Source of the DNA: a virus
Direction: 5' to 3' (one strand)
Virus genome (UHGV): UHGV-1648906
DNA length: 34,350 nt
Below are positions 1-7,248 of the stretch, one piece after another (the first letter of the stretch is position 1; each line of letters begins with the position of its first letter). Below the pieces are notes generated by a model. That model searched no databases and was not told the DNA's origin. It saw only the letters and a list, made by a program, of their open reading frames with translations. The position numbers and the translations under genes were made by a program.

Positions 1-27
1 GCTTAGCCGGTTATTACCCTTATAGAT

Positions 28-552
28 TTAAAATGGAAGGATTCGTTCAACCCAATCGAAGAAAACAAGTATTTTTCTGCCGTCTTCTAACTTAAGAGTG
101 ACCTGGCAAGCATCAACGCCTCTTGACACCCCTTCAATTTCACGACCGTCTGCCATGTAGACCCTTATAGATTGGTCGTTTTGATAAGCCTTGCGACATA
201 TCGCAAAAAAGTCACGGCGTGATGGCTGATTGTCAACATAGTCTGGATGTATTGTTAGCCTACCTTTGAACTCGCGAGCAATGCCATCGATTACACCTGA
301 TTCAATTGTGCTAATGCGCTCAAGTGGGAGTCTTATACGATTTTCTTTATCATATGGAAGCGGGCATAAATCTAGCTTATTGCGGGAAGGCATTGTCCCC
401 TGAACGTACATGCAAAACACCTGACCGTCTTCAAGCGTGACTCTTACAGGAATGTTGTTCTTCCGCCAGAACATAAGTATGTTTTCAGCATGTTCGTAGT
501 CTCGCGGCCAGACTTCAGCCGGTATGCCGTAGGTGATGTCCGATGTTCTCAT
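28..552 (-). CDS. hypothetical protein (174 aa) with two internal copies of a V-T-L-x-L-E-D-G motif; function unknown
   Basis: ORF track; its start overlaps the stop of the upstream gene at 549-552 (coupling); repeated motifs VRVTLEDGQVF and VTLKLEDGRKILVF. No homology search possible. Confidence 0.5.
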   Translation of the reverse strand: MRTSDITYGIPAEVWPRDYEHAENILMFWRKNNIPVRVTLEDGQVFCMYVQGTMPSRNKLDLCPLPYDKENRIRLPLERISTIESGVIDGIAREFKGRLTIHPDYVDNQPSRRDFFAICRKAYQNDQSIRVYMADGREIEGVSRGVDACQVTLKLEDGRKILVFFDWVERILPF

Positions 553-1142
553 TCTGATACTCTTAGAGGTGTTTTCAGCAACCCAAATTTAAATTCTTTG
601 TTACCAACGACAAAGAAGGGAACCTCAACATAGATTTTTTTATCGACGGATTTAGAGTTCGCTGTTTTCTGTATGTCACGAACGATACGTTTTGAGGCAT
701 TTTCATCGATAAACAATACCTTTCCACTTGTATTCCCTTCAGCCTTGGCGTAAGTAACGATAGGCTCTTCATCGCCAACCCTAATGTTTACTTGGCAACC
801 TGTTGTAGCCATTTCATCACAGTAAAGTGTGCCGTCTTGAACTTCCAAAACAATTCCAGATGGCTTCATGGCTTCGTCAGAGCTTACATTAACGTTTTCT
901 GGTACAGCGGTCCCGTTAATTTGCAACCGTAATCTTTCTTTTCCTGCATTAAGTATTGTTTCTTCTGCGTTATCTGAGAATCTGAACCAGACTGGTTGAA
1001 TCAGACCTCGTGATTCGTATTTTAGTACGTCTTCAGAAGTATACATGCTGTACGTTTTTTGCATGTCGGAGACGATATCTGACAACGCATTTGCGGAAAA
1101 TGACGAGAGGTATATACAAGCAAGAAGTAACGAACGTTTCAT
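549..1142 (-). CDS. secreted or periplasmic protein of unknown function (197 aa) with N-terminal Sec signal peptide
   Basis: N-terminus MKRSLLLACIYLSSFSANA followed by LSD (positively charged n-region, hydrophobic core, A-N-A cleavage motif); minus-strand TATAAT (reverse of 1169-1174) about 30 bp upstream of start. Confidence 0.55.
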   Translation of the reverse strand: MKRSLLLACIYLSSFSANALSDIVSDMQKTYSMYTSEDVLKYESRGLIQPVWFRFSDNAEETILNAGKERLRLQINGTAVPENVNVSSDEAMKPSGIVLEVQDGTLYCDEMATTGCQVNIRVGDEEPIVTYAKAEGNTSGKVLFIDENASKRIVRDIQKTANSKSVDKKIYVEVPFFVVGNKEFKFGLLKTPLRVSE

Positions 1143-1228
1143 TTTTATACAGCGATTATTGCAAAGTAGAATTATAAATATCCAATAGTCTCAAACGATA
1201 AGTTTTCAACTGTAAATAGCAGACGTGT

Positions 1229-1266
1229 TTCTCTAAAAGCTGTGCGGCAAAGGCGTTGTTGCCGCA
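1229..1266 (-). terminator. possible rho-independent terminator after the 92-aa gene
   Basis: Inverted repeat GTGCGGCAA/TTGCCGCAC (1241-1266); on the minus strand it is followed by AGCTTTTAG. Confidence 0.35.
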
Positions 1267-1322
1267 CTCTGTCTATTAGCTCTTCAAGTCTGGCAATTCT
1301 GAAATTGACTAAGAATCCAATA

Positions 1323-1601
1323 TTACGGCAGTTTGCTTAGAATTTGCTCTAAATCTTCCTTTGTCATATTAGAGTTCTCATAGATGCGCATGATTTTCTC
1401 ACGAGCCTTAGCAGAGACTCCAACGGCAGATGAAACTTTGTCAAATTCAGCCATTGTCATCGCTTCCAGAATGGTATTGATAACTTCAGCCTTAGACATT
1501 TTGATGTTTTTTTCTTTTAGTTTCATTTGAAACTTTCCAAGTTTGTCATTGGCCTTATCGGACAATGCCACCTGACAATAAGTTGTTTTCTTTTCGCTCA
1601 T
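1323..1601 (-). CDS. small hypothetical protein (92 aa), lysine-rich, possible DNA-binding protein
   Basis: ORF track; start lies 3 bp from the helicase stop (coupled); followed on the minus strand by a hairpin and short T-run (1229-1266). Confidence 0.45.
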   Translation of the reverse strand: MSEKKTTYCQVALSDKANDKLGKFQMKLKEKNIKMSKAEVINTILEAMTMAEFDKVSSAVGVSAKAREKIMRIYENSNMTKEDLEQILSKLP

Positions 1602-1603
1602 AA

Positions 1604-3163
1604 CTAATCTCGTTTCAGAACTCCAAAATCGAATGCGCCATCAATAGGCAATACACCTTCTGCAAAGCCAGGTGTGGTGTCGATGATGTGTTTTCGCTCA
1701 TAAGAGTGAGACAACAGGTATTTGTTGCTAATGTCAATGAAATCAGTGATAAAACACACGTTTGCCTGATTCTTCTTGGCTCGTAAGCCACGACCGACAC
1801 GCTGCCTCATTTCAACTTCTGCTTTCCCACCACCAGCCAGAATGACCGCACCAACGCTTGGCACATCAACACCGACATCCAGAATAGTCGAGCCTATTAA
1901 AACATCTATTTCGCCAGACGCTAAACTGTTCAGCTTTGCTTGCCTTGTCGCCTGGTTTGATTCCCCATAGATGAAGTCAACTCTAAGGCCGGACTCCTTC
2001 ATCATCTCCATCAGGATTTGCCCGTGGCGTTTAAGACGAACCAGAGTCATGCAATTGAGAGAATGTTGCTTATAGAGCAATGCTTCGCGCACAATGGCCT
2101 CGTTACGTCCCAAATTATACACGATCCCCAACTGATAAGCCTTTTGGTAGGCTGTGCTCATACCTACTCTAAAATTGAGGTGTTTGTTGGCAAGTTCGGC
2201 CTTGATTCTGGCCTCGTCTGGCTTGTAGGCAACTTTATGATAAAGGAAGTATGGTTTTGCCAGAATGCCTCTATCAATCAGGTACTTTTCCGTGACTTTT
2301 ATTTCAATTCGCCCGGCCACTGCCATCAGGCGCATGTTGGCTTCCGTCGAATCCTTCATGAACGGCGTGGCTGTAAGCGCCAGACGATAGTCTGCGTTCA
2401 CACATAATCTGGCGATGTCATAGAAATTAGAGCCTGAAGACTCATGCGCCTCTTCCAGAATAAGAAGAGAGACACTTGAAAGGAAGCGTTTCACCAACTC
2501 CCGACGTTTGAGGTGGTAGCTTTTCTTATCTGGTGTTGCATCGCGTGGTGGTTCTTCGAGGAAACTTGCAAGAGTTTGAACTGTAGCGACGTTGATATGT
2601 CGTGATACCTGGAACTCACCCGAGCCAATTACTCCAACCTTTTGGTCCTTTAACCACGGTTCGCCATTTTCGGCGCGGTAGTCGATGGATCTCTGGAAGT
2701 TTTCGGCCATTTGAAACATCAGAACAGAGCGGGTTGTTAAAAATAATGTCATTCGACCGATACGTGCAGCTGCTTTGCAGGCAACGTTAGATTTCCCGCC
2801 ACCAGTAGCGATCTGCGCAATCATCATTCCCTCTCGAACCAGTGTTTCTACTGTCTGATCTTGGTACGCATAATCAGGGTTGTATGGAAATGGGTTAACC
2901 GCCGGATTTGGTTTACCCAGCGACGGGGCTTTGTCTTTGCGGATATGAACACATTTGATGCCCGCCTTGTTCAAATTAGCCGCCACGGGCTTGGCAAAGC
3001 CAGCAGGGAACGAGTTTTTGCTCCAGTTGAACATTGTGCTTGTGCCCTTCCAGTCGCCAGCCTCGACTTCGTAGCTCAACATTTGCTGCACCAGTTGCTT
3101 TACCTTGTCATCTGCGCCAGAAATAAGCGCATTTACTGCGTTAGATACAATCCGAACAGTCAT
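1604..3163 (-). CDS. superfamily 2 DNA helicase (DEAD/DEAH-like)
   Basis: 519 aa; Walker A ATGGGKS, motif II LILEEAHE, motif VI QRVGRGLR; Shine-Dalgarno-like AAGAGG (reverse of 3166-3174) upstream of ATG at 3163. Confidence 0.8.
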   Translation of the reverse strand: MTVRIVSNAVNALISGADDKVKQLVQQMLSYEVEAGDWKGTSTMFNWSKNSFPAGFAKPVAANLNKAGIKCVHIRKDKAPSLGKPNPAVNPFPYNPDYAYQDQTVETLVREGMMIAQIATGGGKSNVACKAAARIGRMTLFLTTRSVLMFQMAENFQRSIDYRAENGEPWLKDQKVGVIGSGEFQVSRHINVATVQTLASFLEEPPRDATPDKKSYHLKRRELVKRFLSSVSLLILEEAHESSGSNFYDIARLCVNADYRLALTATPFMKDSTEANMRLMAVAGRIEIKVTEKYLIDRGILAKPYFLYHKVAYKPDEARIKAELANKHLNFRVGMSTAYQKAYQLGIVYNLGRNEAIVREALLYKQHSLNCMTLVRLKRHGQILMEMMKESGLRVDFIYGESNQATRQAKLNSLASGEIDVLIGSTILDVGVDVPSVGAVILAGGGKAEVEMRQRVGRGLRAKKNQANVCFITDFIDISNKYLLSHSYERKHIIDTTPGFAEGVLPIDGAFDFGVLKRD

Positions 3164-3185
3164 AAACCTCTTTCCTTAGTGCCTT

Positions 3186-3230
3186 TTGTATGTTATTTGG
3201 CTATTATAATAAGTAAGTGATTACTTAGTG
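3186..3230. promoter_or_regulatory. divergent promoter region with palindromic -10-like ATTATAAT and adjacent operator-like palindrome
   Basis: TATAAT at 3205-3210, inside the palindromic octamer ATTATAAT (reads the same on both strands); immediately followed by AAGTAA-GTGA-TTACTT (3211-3226). Lies between the divergent helicase and ParB-like genes. Confidence 0.4.
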
Positions 3231-3245
3231 GATTGTAGCAATAAA

Positions 3246-3926
3246 ATGGACGTAAAAATCACGATTTTGCAGGTTGATGTTGCCAACCTTCGCCCGAATA
3301 CCTGGAACACCAATTCGGTTGGTGCGCAGAATTTCGAAAAACTGAAAGGTTCTATCGAAAAATTGGGCTTTTTTAAGCCAATTTTGGCTCGTGAGCTTGA
3401 AGATGGATTTTTTGAAATCCTCGGCGGCGAACATCGCTGGCGTGCTGCTATTGAGCAAGGAATTTCAACGGTTCCTGTGCTTTCTGTGGGCAAAATTAGC
3501 GATGTCGTGGCAAAACAGATGTCACTGGTGGACAACGAGCGATACGGTGAAGACGACCAAATCGCATTGCAACGCTTCATTGAAGAAATTCAGTCAGAAC
3601 TTGACTATCAACTGTCTGAAATCGCCCCGTATGACGACGAAATCTCGATGGTTTTAGCAAAAGAGGCGGCAATCGACCTTGAAGCACTGGAGGCGTTGTC
3701 TCGTGGCGGTGACGAGCCTGTCGATACCGACAAACGAGAGAAAACCGAACGTGTCGGTGCGGAACATCAGACCATGCGCTTCAAAGTAACCTTCGATGCG
3801 TCAGATCGCGTTGCAGAAACCATAAAAAACATCATCAAAGACCAGGCAATTAATACTGGCAATGAAATGGAAAACGCTGGTGAGGCTCTGGTGTGGCTGG
3901 TCGACTACTACAAGGAGCGTATGTAA
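3246..3926 (+). CDS. ParB/Srx-like N-terminal domain protein (ParB-like nuclease domain protein)
   Basis: ParB N-domain pattern around FEILGGEHRWRAAIEQGISTVPV (GxxHRxxA box); stop overlaps the next start (TAATG at 3924-3928). Start uncertain: ATG 3246 or GTG 3228. Confidence 0.7.
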   Translation: MDVKITILQVDVANLRPNTWNTNSVGAQNFEKLKGSIEKLGFFKPILARELEDGFFEILGGEHRWRAAIEQGISTVPVLSVGKISDVVAKQMSLVDNERYGEDDQIALQRFIEEIQSELDYQLSEIAPYDDEISMVLAKEAAIDLEALEALSRGGDEPVDTDKREKTERVGAEHQTMRFKVTFDASDRVAETIKNIIKDQAINTGNEMENAGEALVWLVDYYKERM

Positions 3927-4594
3927 TGACCAAAAAGTTTGAAATCGTATATCGCGACCCGGCAGATCTTATTCCCTATGAGATGAATGCCAAAAAGCAT
4001 GATGAACAGCAGATCCGAGATCTGGCCGCAGCCATTAAAAAGCGCGGATTTGACCAGCCAATTACGGTCGATAAGAACGACGTAATTATTACTGGCCACG
4101 GCCGCCGTGAGGCTGCAATTTTTGCTGGACTTGAGCGCGTACCGGTTATTGTTCGCGATGATCTCAGTGATGACGAGGTTCGTGCGAAGCGTCTTGAAGA
4201 TAACCGACTTGCCAGCATTGATTACGATGCAATTAAGCTACAAAAAGAGCTTGAGTCGCTTGTTCTGGACGATATCGAGGTTTTCGGCTTTGAAGAGCGT
4301 GAGTTGAATGTTCTCGTTGGCAGTATGACAGAAGAAATGGACACCGACTCGCTAGTTATCGATCTTGGCGAAGAAACTAAACGACAGAAGGATGAACACA
4401 CCGAGATCAGTCGTGAAGTTGCAGCGGAAGAAGTACGTGTTGTCGACGTATTGGGCTTTAAAACGCTCCCTGCTGGCTCTGCCATTGTTGTTGGTGATTT
4501 GCTTGCCCATATGGAAGAAATGACGGGAGAAAGCGGGGTAGACGCATTTGTGGCATATGCGGAGAAGATCTCTTCCGGGGAGATGGCTGCATGA
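3926..4594 (+). CDS. second ParB/Srx-like N-terminal domain protein with acidic C-terminal region
   Basis: Motif VIITGHGRREAAIFAGLERVPVIV; SD AAGGAG at 3912-3917; internal ATG at 3926 chosen over the upstream extension of the track ORF. Confidence 0.7.
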   Translation: MTKKFEIVYRDPADLIPYEMNAKKHDEQQIRDLAAAIKKRGFDQPITVDKNDVIITGHGRREAAIFAGLERVPVIVRDDLSDDEVRAKRLEDNRLASIDYDAIKLQKELESLVLDDIEVFGFEERELNVLVGSMTEEMDTDSLVIDLGEETKRQKDEHTEISREVAAEEVRVVDVLGFKTLPAGSAIVVGDLLAHMEEMTGESGVDAFVAYAEKISSGEMAA

Positions 4595-5256
4595 GCAAAT
4601 ACATCATCAACGTATCGTTTCAGACACGCGTAAATAAAACCACGCGCACGTTGGAAATCGCTGAGTCGTTCGGGCTTGGCCTGGACGAAAAAGAGTGGAC
4701 GCTTTACGACAATCTGGAGCTGGAAGTGAAGCAGGGCGATGTGGTGTACATCACCGGCCAATCCGGTTCCGGCAAATCCGTTGTGCTGCGCGAGTTGCAA
4801 CGACAGATGAAGGATGAAGGGCTGTCTGTAGCCTCCATCGATGATTTTACCTTCGATAATGAGGTTAACGTCATCGATCAGTTGGGCAAAACGACCAGCG
4901 ATGCGCTTGGGTTGTTATCTATGGCAGGTCTGAACGATGCATATCTGTTTGTTCGCAAGCCTTCTGAAATGTCAGACGGTCAGAAATATCGTCTCAAGAT
5001 TGCCAAACTGATTGAGTCAGGCGCTAAAGTGTGGGCTGCTGACGAGTTCGGTGCTGTTCTAGACCGTGTAACCGCTCAGGTTGTGGCATCTAACCTCCAG
5101 CGTGCCGCTCGAAAGGTTGGTGCGACGGTAATGGTGGCGACGACTCACGAAGACCTGAAGAACGCGCTGCGCCCGGATATGCAGATCACCAAGCACTACA
5201 AAGAACGCGTGAAGGTGGAATATCACAATGGTAGTCATGATGAGGTTCATTTATGA
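4591..5256 (+). CDS. minimal stand-alone ABC-type ATPase (221 aa)
   Basis: Walker A GQSGSGKS, signature-like MSDGQKYRL, Walker B VWAADEFGAVLD, H-loop VATTHED; ATGA start/stop overlap with the upstream gene. Confidence 0.65.
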   Translation: MSKYIINVSFQTRVNKTTRTLEIAESFGLGLDEKEWTLYDNLELEVKQGDVVYITGQSGSGKSVVLRELQRQMKDEGLSVASIDDFTFDNEVNVIDQLGKTTSDALGLLSMAGLNDAYLFVRKPSEMSDGQKYRLKIAKLIESGAKVWAADEFGAVLDRVTAQVVASNLQRAARKVGATVMVATTHEDLKNALRPDMQITKHYKERVKVEYHNGSHDEVHL

Positions 5257-6143
5257 CGGACATCATCATTAAACGCTACCGCCCTGAAGAGTTTCCGCGT
5301 CATCTGGACTTTCTGGAGCGAATGACTGTCACAAAGGGAACTGTAGAGGACTGGCACGCTCTTAAGTCGCTTCACTACAAAACAGACGGCAAACCTTTCG
5401 CGCCAACTTACTATCGCTGCGAACTTGATGACCGTCTGGTGGGCGTCGTGGTTATGGCTTACCCGAAACTACTGTTGGCACCTCGCCACCGCATGTTTCC
5501 TAAGTTGAAACCAACCACTAATACCACCGTGGCTAACCAGTACTGGGGTCGGTACGTGAATAACAACTTTGCGGTGATCAGTCGCTCAGTTGTGGATACT
5601 CAGTATCGTGGCGTAGGCGTCTCTTATCGAATGATTAACCTGGTTAGCAGGATGCATGACCGGCCAATCATTGAGATCCAGTCCTCGATGAGTAAATACA
5701 ATCCCTTCGCCATGAAAGCAGGGTTTAAGTTCATCCGCCCTGAGCGACCGAAGAGCTATGAAAGTGCACTGCGTGTATTCCAGCGCCATTTCCGTTCCGA
5801 CCCGGGTGATAACGAGGCGATCGTCAAAGAGTTGTTCGCAATGAGCGAGTCTCGTCGTCGCCGTGCACTGCGTGATCTGGTGGCGGACTACCACAAGAAC
5901 AGTTCCCTGGCAAAAGCTGGGCGGAATCGTGGCACGACGATTCAGAACATTGCCGACAGTCTGGTGGACGAGGCCAGCATTGTGAAGCTGCTCAAGGACA
6001 TTCACAACCTGAGCTTTACGTCTCCGTTGTATGGTGTGTATCGAAACCCTGACTTTGGTCGTCGACTGCCTGACACGCTGCCACTGCTGGCATTCGACAA
6101 ACAACCTTTGGATAAACCGTTAGAAATTGCTTTACCGGCATAA
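5253..6143 (+). CDS. hypothetical protein (296 aa); N-terminal half possibly GNAT-fold acyltransferase-like
   Basis: Motif-A-like FAVISRSVVDTQYRGVGVSYRMINLV and NPFAMKAGFKFI; start overlaps upstream stop (coupled). Fold assignment is inference from motifs only. Confidence 0.55.
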   Translation: MTDIIIKRYRPEEFPRHLDFLERMTVTKGTVEDWHALKSLHYKTDGKPFAPTYYRCELDDRLVGVVVMAYPKLLLAPRHRMFPKLKPTTNTTVANQYWGRYVNNNFAVISRSVVDTQYRGVGVSYRMINLVSRMHDRPIIEIQSSMSKYNPFAMKAGFKFIRPERPKSYESALRVFQRHFRSDPGDNEAIVKELFAMSESRRRRALRDLVADYHKNSSLAKAGRNRGTTIQNIADSLVDEASIVKLLKDIHNLSFTSPLYGVYRNPDFGRRLPDTLPLLAFDKQPLDKPLEIALPA

Positions 6144-6152
6144 GGATTTGCC

Positions 6153-6419
6153 ATGACGTTAACCGATAAACAAAAGGACATTATCAAAACGCTCAATCTC
6201 GGTTATGAGCGAGGTCATTTACTTGATCTGGACGAATTGCTTGAAGTTTTGCCGTACAAGACAACCAAGCAAAGTATCCAGTTCTCAATTCGCGCTCTGA
6301 TAAAAAAGGGGCTGGTGGAGAAAGGGCATACGCGCCAACGCAGTGACAATCGCTATCACCGCCGAACTCTTGGGTTAACCACTTTAGGTCGAGCCAAAGC
6401 GAAGTTACTGGTGATGTAA
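6153..6419 (+). CDS. small winged-helix DNA-binding protein (88 aa), putative transcriptional regulator
   Basis: SD AAGGA at 6143-6147; helix-turn-helix-like segment TKQSIQFSIRALIKKGLVEKG with basic C-terminus; last gene of the coupled cassette. Confidence 0.55.
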   Translation: MTLTDKQKDIIKTLNLGYERGHLLDLDELLEVLPYKTTKQSIQFSIRALIKKGLVEKGHTRQRSDNRYHRRTLGLTTLGRAKAKLLVM

Positions 6420-6421
6420 TC

Positions 6422-6520
6422 GGTCTGGGAGCTTATTTAAAGACCTGCTTCTGTATATATAAATAATAAGTAACTTATTAAATATATACGGAAGCAGGCT
6501 TAATAAGACATGCCCAGACC
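6422..6520. repeat. ~100-bp imperfect palindrome (nested inverted repeat)
   Basis: Outer arms GGTCTGGG (6422-6429) and CCCAGACC (6513-6520); inner arms CCTGCTTCTGTATATAT versus ATATATACGGAAGCAGG; centre ATAAGTAACTTAT (6465-6477). Confidence 0.7.
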
Positions 6521-6537
6521 TAATTAAACACCCCAGA

Positions 6538-6609
6538 AAACAAGTTGGTTAGCAGATGCAGTAAACAAGTTGTTTTAGAGCGCATGGACGCGCTCTGTGT
6601 GTTTTAGAG
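6538..6609 (+). promoter_or_regulatory. direct repeats plus hairpin upstream of terS; candidate packaging or regulatory site, or attenuator
   Basis: AAACAAGTTG at 6538-6547 and 6563-6572; GTTTTAGAG at 6572-6580 and 6601-6609; hairpin AGAGCGC-ATGGAC-GCGCTCT (6577-6596) followed by GTGTGTTTT. Confidence 0.4.
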
Positions 6610-6615
6610 GGATCT

Positions 6616-7248
6616 ATGACGGTCGAAAAAGACGAGGTAAAAACTCGCCTGACACCAGCGGAGTGGGCCGAAGCTGAAGCCAAATGGACGTCAGGCGAAT
6701 ATACACTCTCAAAGCTGGAGGAAGAGTACGGCATTCGTCGTGAAACACTCTCCAGACATTTCAAAAAGCGAGGATTAGAGAAAGGCGCGGACTCTGTTGG
6801 GAAGATGGTTCGTGAGTCTCTTAAATCTGACGCAGAGCTTCGCGCTAAAGCCCGTGCGGAAAAGATAGAAGAACGTCGTACACGTTATGACGGCTGGGCG
6901 TATGCGTTGGGGCAGATGGTGATGGTCGAAGTCACTACGGCCAAACGTGAGAGTAAGCCTTTAGGGGCGATTGAGGATTCTCTCAAGAGCTTACAGAGAG
7001 CCAGTAATACCCTTGCAAAATGCTTTGAAGTTTCGTCCAAAGCATTGGGCATGGATCATGCGGAAAATGACGAGGAAGAAATTCCGAACCTGGTATTTGG
7101 TGAGCTTACACCTTCCCAGGTGGCGAAATTACGTCAGGAAGACGACGAGCCTGAAATCATCGATGACGAATTGCTTGAGACGTTGGAAGAAGAAGCTCTA
7201 AGCGAATTTGATGCGACAGATGATGGAAGTGAAGGGGAGGACGAATAA
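6616..7248 (+). CDS. terS: terminase small subunit (putative)
   Basis: Directly upstream of and overlapping terL (TAATG); HTH-like segment YTLSKLEEEYGIRRETLSRHFKKRG; strongly acidic C-terminus. Confidence 0.6.
   Translation: MTVEKDEVKTRLTPAEWAEAEAKWTSGEYTLSKLEEEYGIRRETLSRHFKKRGLEKGADSVGKMVRESLKSDAELRAKARAEKIEERRTRYDGWAYALGQMVMVEVTTAKRESKPLGAIEDSLKSLQRASNTLAKCFEVSSKALGMDHAENDEEEIPNLVFGELTPSQVAKLRQEDDEPEIIDDELLETLEEEALSEFDATDDGSEGEDE

Noticed and set aside
1143-1322. 180-bp minus-strand intergenic gap as a possible small RNA gene
   Set aside because: The content is explained by a promoter (TATAAT on the minus strand near 1169-1174) and a terminator-like hairpin (1241-1266); I see no independent evidence for a structured ncRNA, though it cannot be excluded without covariance analysis.
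2018-2407. 129-aa plus-strand ORF inside the helicase gene
   Set aside because: It is antisense to the helicase, which carries Walker A, DExH and motif VI; likely spurious.
3893-4594. N-terminal extensions of track ORFs (3893, 14208, 14991, 21433 and 22579 starts)
   Set aside because: The extensions overlap the upstream gene in another frame and lack an RBS; internal starts with Shine-Dalgarno sequences (3926, 14304, 15114, 21622, 22735) fit better.
3246-5256. Reading the ParB-like plus ATPase genes as a plasmid-type ParAB partition system
   Set aside because: The ATPase has an ABC-type motif set (GQSGSGKS, SDGQ signature, H-loop) rather than the deviant Walker A (KGGxGK[ST]) of ParA, and there are two ParB-like genes with no obvious parS-like repeat array.
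4222-6104. Minus-strand ORFs (192 aa at 4222-4800 and 172 aa at 5586-6104) across the ParB/ATPase/GNAT-like cassette
   Set aside because: They are antisense to translationally coupled plus-strand genes that carry conserved motifs; they have no motif or RBS support.
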